A stretch of DNA of 64,000 nt from the human T2T-CHM13v2.0 reference genome, Homo sapiens. Made by a program: the position numbers and the translations under genes. The notes under the pieces were generated by a model. That model saw only the letters and a list, made by a program, of their open reading frames with translations. It was not told the DNA's origin and searched no databases. The stretch is taken from the NCBI RefSeq assembly GCF_009914755.1, contig NC_060925.1. The stretch is one strand, 5' to 3'. Positions 13,655-25,688 of the stretch are shown here, piece after piece (position 1 is the stretch's first letter; each line of letters starts with the position of its first letter).

Positions 13655-15210
13655 GTTTTTATTTAATTTTATTCATAATGGGCACATAACTATACATATT
13701 TATAGGGTACAATATGATGTTTCAATGCATGTATACATTGTATAATGATCAAATTGGGGTTATTACTATGTCCATCACTTTAAATATTCATCATTTATTT
13801 GTGAAAATAACATTCAAATCCATTTCTTCTAGTTGCCTTGAAATACACACTATATTACTATTTACTATGGTCACCTTATCGTGTAATAGAACACCAAAAC
13901 GGATTTGCCTTGTGTAACTGTACTTTCATACCTTTTGACCAATTTCTCCTGGCCTCCCCCTTTCTCTTCCCCTGCCCAGCCTCTAGCAATGACTATTCTA
14001 CTCTCTGCTTCTATGATATCAACTTTTATGATTCCACATATGAGTGAGATCATGCAGTATATTGTCTTTCTGTGCCTGGCTTATTTCACTTAATATAATG
14101 CCCTACACTTTCATCTACATTGCCACAAATGACAGGACTTCATTCTTTTTTATGGCTGAATAGTACTCATTGCATATATGTACCATATGTTCTTTGTTTA
14201 TTCATCATTAGATGGGCATTGAGGTTGATTCCTTAGTTTGGCTACTTTGAATACTGCTGCAATAACCATGGATGTGGACATGTCTCTTTAACATACTCAT
14301 TTTATTTTCCTTGGATATATACGAAGTAATGAGATTTCTAGGTTATGTGGTAGTTCTATTTTCAATTTTTTGAGGAATTATCGTACTGTTTTCCAAAATT
14401 GCTGCACTAATTTATATTCCTACCAGCAGTGTATAAGAATTTCCTTTTCTCCATATCCTCACCAGCATTTGTTATTTTTTGTCTTTTTGATAACAACCAT
14501 TCTAACTGGAGAGGGGTGATATATTGTTTTGGTTTTCATGTGAATTTCTATGATGATTTTTGATATCGAGTATTTTTTCATGTATCTGTCGACCATTTGT
14601 GTGTCTTCTTTTAAGAAGTGAGTTGTTTGAATTCCTTATATATTCTGAATGTTAACCACTTGTCAGATGCATAGTTTGCAAATTCTTTCTCCTATTTTTT
14701 GTGTCTTCACTTACTGTTTTCTTTGCTTTGCAGAAGCTTTTTAATGTAATGTACTCCTATTTGTATATTTTTGTTTCTGTTGCTTGTGCTCTTAAGGTGC
14801 TATTCAAGAAATCCTTGCCCAATCCAATTTCATGAGCCATTTCCCTATGTTTTCTCCTAGTTGTTTCATAGTTTTGGGTCTTACATGTAATTCTTTCATT
14901 CATTTAGTATTGATTTTTGTATATGATGAGACATGGGACTTTAGTCTGATTCTTCTGCATGTGGATATCCAGTTTTCCCAACACCATTTATTGCACACTG
15001 TTCTTTCTCCCATGTGTGTTCTTGGCATTTTTGTCAAAAATCAGTTGGTTGTAAATGCATGGACTCATTTCTGCATTCTCTCTTCTGTTCCATTGGTCTA
15101 TGTGTTTGTTTTGATGCCAGTACTATGCTGTTTTGGTTACTATGGCTCTGTAGTATATTTTGAAGTCAGGTGGTATTATACTTCCAACTATGTTCTTTTT
15201 TCTCAAGATT
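13655..15210 (-). mobile_element. L1MA 3' portion (3'UTR and ORF2 end)
   Basis: Poly-T tail remnant, then TACATATTTATAGGGTACAATATGATGTTTC; antisense ORF2 continues to TTCTCAAGATT. Confidence 0.9.
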
Positions 15211-15692
15211 ATCCCTATTTGCAGATGACGTAATCATATACAGAGAAAACTCTAAAGAATTCACCAAAAACTCCATTAGAACTAATAAATTTGGTAAAGC
15301 TGCAGGATACAAAATCAACATACAAAAATCAATAGCATTTGTATACATCGATAGTGAACTACCTGAAAAAGAATCAAGAAAATAATTCCATTTATAGTAA
15401 CTACAAAAAATAATAAAATACCCTGGGATAAACTTAGCCAAGGAGGTGCAAGATCTCTATGACAAATCCTATAAAACATTGATGGAAAAAGTTGAAGAGG
15501 ATACAGATAAATGAAAAGATAGCCCATGTCATGCACTGGAAGAGCTAATATTGTTAAAATGTCCAAATTACCCAAAGTGACCTACAGATTCAATGCAATT
15601 CCTATTAAAATACCAGTGACATTCTTCACTGAAATAGAATTTTTAAAATCTTGAAATTTATAGGAAAAGGCAAAAGACTCCAGATAGTTAAG
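15208..15692 (+). mobile_element. Inverted 5' segment of the same L1MA (RT region)
   Basis: ORF 15170-15385 contains LSLFADDVIIYRENSKE and AGYKINIQKSIAF (L1 ORF2 RT). Confidence 0.9.
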
Positions 15693-15964
15693 GGGATGAT
15701 TTTTATAAATGTAATCACTACTCAATTTGTAGCATTGTATGTAACTGCACATCACCATTTGAAAATAGATTATCCCAGGAAAATCATTGATAATAAAGAA
15801 TAATTAGCTTAGTATTAACTTTATCCAGGTATATCCAGCCCAAATGTTGTCTTATATCTGCCTTTTATTTGTTCATGGGTTATGAATTGTTGATTTCTTT
15901 ACATTTTTGTTTCCCCTTTTACACTCTAAGTTCTGAAACAGAATGAAGCTTGATCTGCTTAAAC

Positions 15965-16150
15965 CAGTGTTTTCCAAAATGTGGTCTTTACATAGCAGCA
16001 TAACATCACCTGAGTACTTGTTAGAAATGCAAACTATTGGGCCTTATTCCAGCCCTACTGAAAAAGAAACTCTTGGGGGTGGAATTAAAAAATGTTTATT
16101 TAAAATCCTCCACATGATTATTATGCTCATTAAAGTTTGGGAGTCACCGG
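15965..16150. mobile_element. MER5A (hAT-Charlie)
   Basis: CAGTGTTTTCCAAAATGTGGTC...ACTTGTTAGAAATGCAAA...AAAGTTTGGGAGTCACCG. Confidence 0.8.
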
Positions 16151-16370
16151 CTCAAACAGTGATTGCTTCTTCTTTTAATATTCTCTCTCTTTCTGCATGT
16201 TTCTGAAAACTAACCTTGAGAATTCTCTAGAGGCCAAAGTGACTCTCACCATTAAGGTGACCCAGGTGACTGCCTTAGGCAACCTAGAGTTGTGGCATAA
16301 TTCACAGACTGTAAGTTCTAGTAGCTTTCCTGAATACTAACATCTCTGTTTCAGGCTCACAGATATGGCT

Positions 16371-16851
16371 TGTTGTGCCAGATCCCTACTGACTTCAATA
16401 GGGATAGTACTTTGTCCAAGAGGCTGGAGAAGAGACCTGGAGCCTAGGAACAAGACATAGAGTGGATTGAGGGAACTTACATGAGGGTGGTCCATTGGCA
16501 GAGGGCTGGAAGGAGAACTGCAACTGCTTATAAAAGGCATGAAGTATATATAGCATTTTCACTCAGTGCCCTCCACCTAGCAACCTTTATTTTATCGAAA
16601 TCAAAGTTCCTCCATCCCCTGTATGGCCTGAGCTCCACAGGATGGGCCCGAGTTCATTCCTCATGGATAAGAAATGAATCTGGATTGTCCACTCCCAGAT
16701 TCCTTAGCTCAGAATTCTGAACACATATTCTTTTTAGACCATAGAGTCATTGTTGAGGGATGCTTAAGTTATTGCTGTCAGGTGTGTCTGTCACACAGGG
16801 TCATTCTCAGGTTATGCTTAAGTTATTGCTGTCAGGTGCATCTGCCAAACA
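16371..16851 (-). mobile_element. 3' LTR (LTR47-like)
   Basis: Homologous to 22815-23246; carries two copies of a ~54-bp unit ...ATGCTTAAGTTATTGCTGTCAGGTG...; preceded on the minus strand by a G-rich tract (GCGGGGGAC). Confidence 0.88.
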
Positions 16852-16949
16852 GTCCCCCGCTAACATACCCTTGACTGGGCCTCACACTGTCATCACAACA
16901 TTCTTCCATGATTTCCCCTGGAGTCAGGTATGTACAGGAGCATTGTTTC

Positions 16950-17620
16950 TAGATGCCACAGCAATAATACAAACTACAACAACAAAAACAAATAATACAC
17001 TTAATAACAATCATACTGCATGCAAAGTTTCTCTAAGAGCTTTGGAGTTGAGTAAACCACATGGTTATAGGATTGTAAGACAGAGATTCTATAACAGAAA
17101 TATGGGTACCTAAGGCCTGCGTGGCCTGGGTTATGTTGTGAAAGTAATCAGGGATATATACACAACTTTCAGTTTTAATTAATGCACAGGTTTCACTCTG
17201 GGCAGCACTTAAGGTGTCCAAAGCCATACAATTTTGCAAACAAGGGTGCACAACTCACTACCTGTGTCTGCAGTGCCATCATTTACCCTAGCTCATCATA
17301 TACAGCCTACCACACAGTGGGGATAACATTAATTTTCTCCCAATCTATGTGGAAAATATGTGGTCTCATCTCCTTAATGGTGGGGAATTCACTGCATGAG
17401 GTGCTGTTGTTGCTAAAGAGAAACAAGTGAGGGTCATTATACCACATATGGAAGAGGCTTCAGATACTCAGGTTAGCTGCTTGGATGTGCCATGGCAGGC
17501 CCATAGTGGAAGAGAGAGGCAGCTCCTCACAGACCCAACGGGCTGTTTTATTCTGGAGAGAGACCACCATCTGCACCCAGTTGACGAAGAGGTTTGCTGC
17601 ACACCATTTATGGACATTCT
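16950..17620 (-). pseudogene. env: Retroviral env remnant (SU N-terminus and TM), internally deleted
   Basis: NLFVNW...NKTARWVCEELPLSSTMGLPW (decayed CWVC at 17529-17540); LQNCMALDTLSAAQSETCALIKTESCVYIPD (ISD and decayed CX6CC); Cys-rich tail CFCCCSLYYCCG. Confidence 0.85.
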
Positions 17621-17949
17621 GAGAGAGCACCACCCCTGGTAGTGTCCTGGTGTCTGATTTATAATACCAAATAGATTACCTCCCCTCCCCAGCCATGATG
17701 CATTACAAAAGGCCAGAGTAAGACAATGGGGTAGTTAAAAAGTTCCATTATAAGATGATTGTCTCTTTGCACAAGGGAGGACAAGAATTCATTATTTTAA
17801 AAGTACAAGGGAGAGTAGGGTGTAAAATAGGTGTGACCTTTACATGGTTTTCTAGGCCCTTCCTCCCATGGAGCAGAAAAGCTGAACTATCGCGGGCCGA
17901 TTTGCCATTTCCAGGGCCACATACTATTTTGCTCCCCAGTGGGTAGGTC

Positions 17950-20900
17950 CTGTGGCAAGGGCAATAGCAGGTTACCGAAAGTACCAGCTTAGGGTAAAGG
18001 TGTACTGTCCCTTATACTTTCTACCTGGATCCTTATGGTGGTATCAGACCCTTGCATTAGAAGAGTATATGTGCTGGGTTGATAAGAGAACTTGTTTATT
18101 CAGGGTGTGGATGGCTGCTGGTAAGCAGCATGTCTGCAGAGCCAGAGAGTGTGTCTCCTGCCAGAGCTGTTGCTTCAACAGTCCATTCATCTGTTCAATT
18201 AGCCCCGCTGATGTAGGGTTGTATGGCAGGTGGAAATGCCAGTGGATATCCAGGACCTCTGCCTATTCCTGTACTGGTCACTGTTGATATCAGTGTGGAC
18301 ACTGCAGGCTGTGCACAGCAGCTCTAGTCCTTTTGTGGATTTCTGGGCAGCATGCTTGCCGGAATATGCCTGCAGTTGCCCCGTGCATGCGTCTGCACAA
18401 GTCAAATCATAGTGGCAGCCATCAGATAGAGGCAATTGTCATGTGTTGCCTACCTGCCAACATTTCACTGGGCCCCGGCCCCTGGCATTCTGTCCAGTAT
18501 CATGCTGCAAGGGCCTGGGGAGTTCCTGCACACAGGCAGGACATTGCTAACAGATGTGCACTATGTCTTTATATCATAGTGGCAGGCCCTGATTATTTGC
18601 TATAGCCTAAAGGGTACATTGTCCCTGATGTCCTGTCTTTATATGCAGCCAGTGAGCTACATCTTCTATGGCAGCTTCCACAAGGAGATGAACACAGGCT
18701 ACTTCATCTGCCTGTTGATTTCCAGGTGGTGTAGATGCAGTGTGGGTATCCATAAGGCACACCATTGTATGCATCCCCTGAATGCATGTCCTTCCATATG
18801 TCAGTGCCTCAAAGTGGGTGGCCCGCTGTTGTCCAATCCTTTGCTTCCCGTTGTAGTAGCCACATCATGAGTCCTTTAAAGATGGCCCAACTATCAATAC
18901 ATAGGACTATTGGGTCTGGCTCATAGAAGAAGACCATCCAGGCCACTTCCAGCTCAGCCCATTGGCTACTATGTCCTTTACCTGTATCAAGCCAGATCCT
19001 ATCAGTGGACAGGTAGGTGACCATGGCTGTCCAAGAGCAAGGACTGCTTCATGATGAGCCATCTGCATACCAGGCCTGGTCAGGAACTGGGCCCTGTTTA
19101 CCCCCACCCCACCTGCTGTACAAAGGAGGAAATCTGTCGATGTTCAGAGGTTTTAATCAAAGACTGCCCTTCAGTTAGTTGTCACACAGGGGACAGGACC
19201 AAGTACCAAAACAAGCTCTGTGCTCAAGAGGCTATTAGTTAACATGCTCCTGTCTTGCAGGTATGCATGCCATTTGGCCACAGTCTGTGTCTGTTTCCCA
19301 GACTTTGGTTTCTGAAAGGTATCCTTTAGCCAACCTGCTATGGGGTACCAGGTGCACCAGGGCCCCCTTTGTAATGTCCTCCACTTGAAAGGTATACTGG
19401 GTAGCACAGAATTGTTGTTTTATGACACTATATCTAACTTCAGCTCCTCCCATAATTGGGATCAGAATCCTAGAGGCACACTTTGATGTCCTTGCCTCTT
19501 CCATAGGCCCTACCCAAGCCCCTCAGGGTAACTGGCCAGTTAACAAGGCTGTCACTGCCGTAGAACTCCCAAGACTTGTATTTATTTCACTGTGTCTTTA
19601 TCTTGTTAAAAGGCTTCATTCTCTTTTGTAGACCAATCCCTGTGGGCCCTAGTATTAGTCAGGGTTCTCTAGAGGGACAGAACTAGTGGGATATATGTAT
19701 ATATGAAAGGGAGTTTATTAAGGACAATTGACTCACATGATCATAAGGTAAAGTCTGATGATAGGCTGTCTGCAAGTTAAGGAACAAAGAAGCCATTGGT
19801 GGATCATTCCAGGTCCCCAAACCTCAAAAGTAGGGAAGCTAACAGTGCAGCCTTCAGTCTGTGGCCAAAGGCCCAAGAGCCCCTGGTAAACCACTGGTAT
19901 TCCAAGAGTGCAAAAGCTGAGGAACTTGGAGTCTGATGTTTCAGGGCAGGAAGCATCCAGCAAGGGAGAAAGGTGAAGGCCAGAAGACTCAGCAAGTCTG
20001 CTTTATTCTATCCATGTTGGCAGTTGATTACATGGTGCCCACCCACATTGAGGGTGGGTCTGGCTCTCCCAGTCCACTGACTCAAATGTTAATCTCCTTT
20101 GGCAACACCCTCACAGACACACCCAGGAACAATATTTTGCATCCTCCAATCCAATCAAGTTGACACTGTATTAACCATCATAGCCCTCTTCTTGACTAAG
20201 TTGTATGAGGTCCTAAGGAGTTGGGCCAGATGGAAATAAAAGGTTGACAATGCTCTATAAGGGCTAAGAAGGTCTACAACTACTTCAGTATGGTAGGACA
20301 TGAATAGGCCTGCATCTTATCTATAAACACAGACTGAGTGACTAGTCTTACCCGAAAAGATGACACCCGAGCATTTAACTGATAAACCTGGACTCTGGAC
20401 TTTGCATTGACTGCCCATACTCTTTTGCCAAGTGACACAGAAAACTGGGGGTTGCAGTTTGTAAGCTGGAAAAAGACTCAGAAGTTAGCATGATGTCATC
20501 AATGTAATGGAAAACCTGTGCCCACTTCAGGGCAGTCCAACCACTGAGGTCTGCAGCTACTGGGCCATTGCAGATGGCGGGGCTATGCAAATATCCCCAG
20601 GGCAAGATGATAATGGTTCGTTTTTCTCCTTCCCAGGTGAATGCAAATTAGTCTTGACTCTTTAGGGCATTAAGGATGCTGAAGAAGGCTTTAGCTAAAT
20701 TGATAACAAAATGGTGTGTGCCAAGCACTGCTTCTACCCTCATCAGAAGGGAGGTGATATTGCTAACAGCTGCATACATTGGTGTACCACTTTATTTAAT
20801 TCCCACTAACCTACTGTCATTCTCCATGTCCCATCAGGCTTCCACACTGACTTTACAGGGCTGTTGTATGGGCTGTGCATTGACCTTATAATGCCTACCT

Positions 20901-21000
20901 AACTCCTTAAAAGTTCCTGTGATTTCATCATGCCCACACCCCACTGCTACTCCCTGAAGGGCTGGCAACTGCACCGTTGGTGTCCGTTTTGAGTTCCCCT
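17950..21000 (-). pseudogene. pol: pol remnant (RT, RNase H, integrase), frameshifted and split by an MLT2A LTR
   Basis: HFVINLAKAFFSI; PWGYLHSPAIC; YIDD at 20495-20506; SSQWAEL...IDSW; LTCADACTGQLQAY...INSDQ. Confidence 0.88.
19651..20182 (-). mobile_element. MLT2A (HERV-L) solo LTR nested in pol
   Basis: TATTAGTCAGGGTTCTCTAGAGGGACAGAACTA...CAAGTTGACACTGTATTAACCATCA; TSD GCCCT at 19646-19650 and 20183-20187. Confidence 0.93.
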
Positions 21001-21350
21001 CATCACTTCACCACTTGCTTCACCACCCTAACTCTTAGAGAGTTTCTCAGTAGTTGTTTGGAGGGTCAAGCCTGATAAGATATCCTTTCCCAAGATGCAT
21101 TCTGGGATGGGAGCAATGTATACTACATTGAGTTTTGGTGGCAGTCTCCCAACTAGTACTACTGGTTCAACCCATCTGACTTCCATGGCCCCCTTTCTAA
21201 AACCATCTATTGCTGTTATAGGCCTTCGGAACAGATGAATATTATCATATATGAGAGTGCATTAGGCTGCAGTGTCTACTAGGGCATGCACAGTTTGTTT
21301 ATTCTTAGGTAACTAATATACAGTTAGTTCTACATGTGGCCTCTGGTCCC
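21000..21350 (-). pseudogene. pro: Retroviral protease remnant
   Basis: ALVDTAA (decayed ALVDTGA) at 21265-21285. Confidence 0.7.
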
Positions 21351-21399
21351 TGGACACCCTGACCACCATTGCTCTTAAGGAGATTCCCAGGTCTTAGCC

Positions 21400-22720
21400 T
21401 ACATCCTAGTCTAAAGGGGTTGGCATCTGCCATCCCTCTGAAGAAGGGGCAGTGTGTAGTGAACCTGAGGCTCCTTAGTGAAGCACTGTTCTGGCTTGAG
21501 CTTCTGCCACAATCCAACTAGAAAAGCATTAGGTTGTTTATTTATTTCCACCCTAGGTGTCCCTGCCACTACCAGGTTGCACGATATTTGTCAGCAGGTG
21601 ACACTAATGGGCCTTTTGGCCATATCCTTTCCTTTGGCTCCCTTGTCTTTCATTCCAGCAGTACACATCTCTTGCTTATGCAGCTTCTCTGTTTCCCCTA
21701 AGTTGGAAGCCGCTTGGGCCACCTGAGACATTGGCTGTCTTATCAAGGGGCTCAGGATACACACTACTGTGATACACCACTGGCTGAGGGCTTACCGTAA
21801 GACAGCATCTTTCGTCGTCATTCATCTTTCATTATTACTGTAATACAGCATCAGACATGGGAATGTCTTCCTCTTTTGGCCAGGCTGCATTGTAGCCTGC
21901 AATCATCCAGCTAAGGAAGGGGATGGCCCAATCCTAATTATTAACATCATAAGGGTGCTGCCTCAGGGCTGGGTGATTTGTAACATTTTACTCATCTTGA
22001 GTCTGGAGGGTATTATACCCTCTGCTCCCATGTCCCACAGATGGAGAAACCACTCTGCAATTGACTATCTCCCCTTCTGCCTGAACCTATTTCCCAGCTC
22101 TACCAATTCCACAGCAGTATAGTCCCACATTGTGGAGTGCCGTCATCTTTTAGGTGGGGGTATGCTTTGCAGGGCTACTCCCATCATAGAAGCGACTATG
22201 GGATGGGAAGAGAGGATGGGAACCTCTAGGTTTCATCCCTTTCCTCATTCTCGTCCCCACTAGGGCTCTCCATTGGGTCTCAAGACTTAGGATCCCAAGA
22301 CGATTCAGTCATGATAGCCCTAACCCATTGGCATGGGAGTCAGCAACCCTTCAAAGGGTTACCTAACAAACCAGGGTCTCTATTTTGTCATCCTATGCCC
22401 ACAGGTGAGACAGTAAAGTCTCCAATGTTTCAACCTGGGCTAATCAGGCATCTCTTTCTAGTCACAGTTCATCCTGTCACTGAGGGACTCTCACCTATGC
22501 TGTGAGCTCAGCCTCAGTGGCTGCTCAGTGTGCAGTCAGAAGTGGCCATCCAACCATGGTTGCCACAGCTCGGACATCCAACTTTCACTTAGATCCTACC
22601 CCTGCAATGGCTCTTCTGGACCCTTCAGCATTTTCAGGGCATCCTTGAACTCACATGGTAGGCCCCATCCATCAAGGACAGTGGCTATCATGCTCCACCT
22701 AAACATGGATGGCCTGCCCA
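21400..22720 (-). pseudogene. gag: Class III gag remnant
   Basis: DYTAVELVELGNRFRQKGR*SIAEWFLHLWDMGAEG at about 22020-22125 resembles the class III gag motif. Confidence 0.75.
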
Positions 22721-22794
22721 AGATTTCCTCCGTGGATTTCCTCTTCTCTGATCTCATGGATCCCATTGTTTCACCACTTATAGTGTTTTCTCTA

Positions 22795-22812
22795 CCTTTG
22801 GCTGGCATGCTA
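22795..22812 (-). promoter_or_regulatory. Degenerate primer-binding site
   Basis: Minus strand TAGCATGCCAGCCAAAGG begins 2 nt inside the 5' LTR boundary; 12/18 match to TGGCGAGCCAGCCAGGAG (tRNA-Arg ACG complement, recalled). Confidence 0.5.
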
Positions 22813-22814
22813 GT

Positions 22815-23246
22815 TGTTGTGGTGATCCCTGTTGACTTCATTAGGGATGGCACGGTGTCCCAGAAGATGAAGAGACCCAGAGCCAGAAAAAAAAAAAATA
22901 ATAAAATTGGGTTTATTGATGATCCAGTGGTGGCAGGCTGGACAGAAGAACCACAATTGCTTGTAAAAAGCATGCAGTTTATATAGCATTTTCACATAGC
23001 ACCCTCCCCCTAGCAACCTCCACCTGACAAGCTTCATTTAATCCAAAAGAAAGGGTATTGATCCCCTGTGTGGCCTGCATTCCACGTAATGGACCAGGGT
23101 TCCTTCCTCACAGATAAGGAATAAGTCTCCAGGTTGGCCACTCGCAGACTTCTTAGCTCAGAACTCTGAACACACATTCTTTTTAGACCATAGTGTTATT
23201 CTCAGAGTATGCTTAACTTATTGCTATCAGGTGCATTTGCCATACA
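22815..23246 (-). mobile_element. 5' LTR (LTR47-like)
   Basis: Minus strand starts TGTATGGCAAATGCACCTGATAGCAATAA; TATA-like CTATATAAA; AATAAA; ends ACAACA. Confidence 0.88.
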
Positions 23247-23505
23247 CTTGTGGAAACCAAAGTAATGTAGTAATGTACATTTCTATCTTTTTGAGAATTA
23301 GAACTATATGTCTCAGGAGCATTTTATTTGAAGAATTTTGTTTACTTATGTGTGTACTATACAAAATATAAACCAGTTACACTATTACTTCACTAGGACT
23401 ATGGTTACTGCAACCTGTGCTGTTGTAAATGTAAATCCTTGAATTATATTCAGACTAATCAGTCAATAAACTGATTTCATCAGTCAGAATTTTTCAGTGT
23501 TCTGA

Positions 23506-23618
23506 TTGCCTATAGTTAAGGCACGAAGTAGTTTATTTCTAATTGCTATCAGAACTAGCTTACAAAACTAGGGTTAGCAATCAGCATCACTATTAATGAG
23601 AAACTCACATTCATTGAA
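23506..23618 (+). repeat. Dispersed direct repeat, copy 1 (~112 bp)
   Basis: Shares GAAGTAGTTTATTTCTAATTGC(T/C)ATCAGAACTAGCTTACAAAACT with 25577-25688. Confidence 0.9.
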
Positions 23619-25576
23619 AAACCGAATTGTCCACAGTTGGTAACTAGACTGCAGTGAGGATATACCAATTGACAAACTATCTATGATTATGTCTATAAAA
23701 CAAGAGATCATTTGAATGAGGTATACAAAAGGCAAAAGTAAATGACTTTTAGATATGCAGCTCATTTCTTCTCAAGCCTTATAGTTAGAACCTCTTTCAT
23801 TAGAGAAGCATTTAAAGAGGTCTCTTCCCAGGAACACACGTACATTTTGTTTACCCTTATTTGACTACACTAGTGCTAGGCAGCCAGACCATGAGTATAA
23901 ACTTTGTTTGTAGCTACTTTAAACACATCTTTCCGACATGGCAATAATGTATACCAGAGGTTGATTAAAATACTCTCGAGGCAATTCCAATTACTTAAAT
24001 TACTGCAATAAAAGGCACTGTTTTGATAGATACAAATTTAATATTTATTCAGAATCACACAATTATTTAAATTTGGTGCATTCCCTGATTTAGAATTACC
24101 AAGTATTTATTAATTCCATGTAAAACTTTTTAATGTAATATTCGCCATTCTTAATAAAGTTTACTTTTGTGGCATGTATCAAATTTCTGCTGATGAACTC
24201 AATTATAAACTGCTGATATGTAAAACAATATGTATTTAGTAAGTGTACTTCAGAATATATTTTTGTTAACAAGGGTAAAATTATTTATTAAATTTCTATT
24301 ATTTTTCAATCAATTTGGTATAATTCAGAAATTAATTGAATGTGACAATGAACTTAAGAGTGTTGCTCTTCAACACCTACGGTTTTGACACTGCTGCAGA
24401 AGGTCACATTCTTGTTTGTTTAATTTAGTGAAATTGGGAAGTGCAGATCTGTCAGGTAATTAAACTTATAAGAGGAATATGAAACATTACACTTGTTAAA
24501 TTATTGTCAATGATTACATAATGAATAGAAATAATAAAGCAAGAATTAGATTATATTCATTGATATAATTAAATGCTATAAATTAAGCAAAATTATTAAT
24601 TGTACCAGTCCTTCATACAGGAAACCTGAAGATTTTTATGAAGTTAGCATCTCAAATATTGTACTGTTTGTTAGATTAAGAAAGTGTTAGATTAAGAAAG
24701 CGTTCAAAATGTTGAAAGTGGTAAAATCAAATTATGTAGAGAATGTCCCATAAGTATAGCTTCACAGCAAAATCCTTGAAACATAGAGGATCTAGTCCCA
24801 GGTAATATGACAAAATTTGCAATGCCACGTTATGTAAGTTTGGGATTACCATCACTCCTTATTCTAGAAAATTTCTAGTGATGAAGAATTTATGAATAAA
24901 ATGCACCATTGGATTTCAGAATGAAAAGCAAAAATGATCAGAAGATGTTAAAGATATTGGTTGTAAAGCATTGACTTGAATTCACCCTGATATTAAAATC
25001 AGTCCCAGATACATAAGTCAATGGGCAAGAAACAGTACAGCAACCTTTCATCTAGCTAAATAATGGGGTTGATATCAATGATAAAATAAATCTGTGGACA
25101 ACTTCTAAACTTTATTTTTCTCTAAGTCCAAGATTTTCTTCTTGGAATTGATACAACTTTGGGAAATAAAATGTCCTTTGGAAAAAAATAAAACTAGTCC
25201 TTTTTCCCATCTTTCAGCCCTGTCTATTTTTCCAGTCTCTGAATCGATTTCTCCAGAGCTGAAATCACATGGCCTTAGTATGCAGGCCTGGTCCTGCCCC
25301 TTTGTGGTGTCAGTTCTGACTATTATTTGCGAGCTATTTGAGGAGCTATAGCTAATACTTAGGGAATATCAGCATAGCCTTATTGTGATCTGACTCTCAA
25401 CTCATACCCTATTCTGGTAACTGAGCTTCTGATTTTTCCTGCCCCTTTCAGGCCTTTACTCTTCCAAACATGTTTCCTTTGCTTACATATTGACTGTATT
25501 ATTGGCCTGCTTCCTCAGTCTTTTTCTTTTATAAATTGAAATAATGTTCTTTTGCTCTTTATGCAAAATAATAAAG

Positions 25577-25688
25577 TTGCCTACAGTTAAGAATGAAGTA
25601 GTTTATTTCTAATTGCCATCAGAACTAGCTTACAAAACTGGGATTAGCAATCAGTACGGTTCTTAATAAGCAACTCACTTCAATTGAA
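25577..25688 (+). repeat. Dispersed direct repeat, copy 2
   Basis: Colinear with 23506-23618. Confidence 0.9.

Larger units (their letters stand above)
16371..23246 (-). mobile_element. Class III endogenous retrovirus provirus (LTR47/ERVL47-like), decayed gag-pro-pol-env
   Basis: Two homologous LTRs with TG...CA ends; minus-strand gag, protease, RT YIDD, RNase H, integrase and env motifs in canonical order. Confidence 0.92.

Noticed and set aside
17755-17950. dUTPase remnant between integrase and env
   Set aside because: The position fits class III ERVs, but I could not read the conserved dUTPase motifs.
22528-22986. 152-aa and 125-aa ORFs
   Set aside because: They span the ERV LTR and leader, one antisense to the provirus; no independent gene evidence.
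24670-24701. 16-bp tandem duplication GTTAGATTAAGAAAG, and similar micro-duplications near 32200 and 54800
   Set aside because: Ordinary slippage products.
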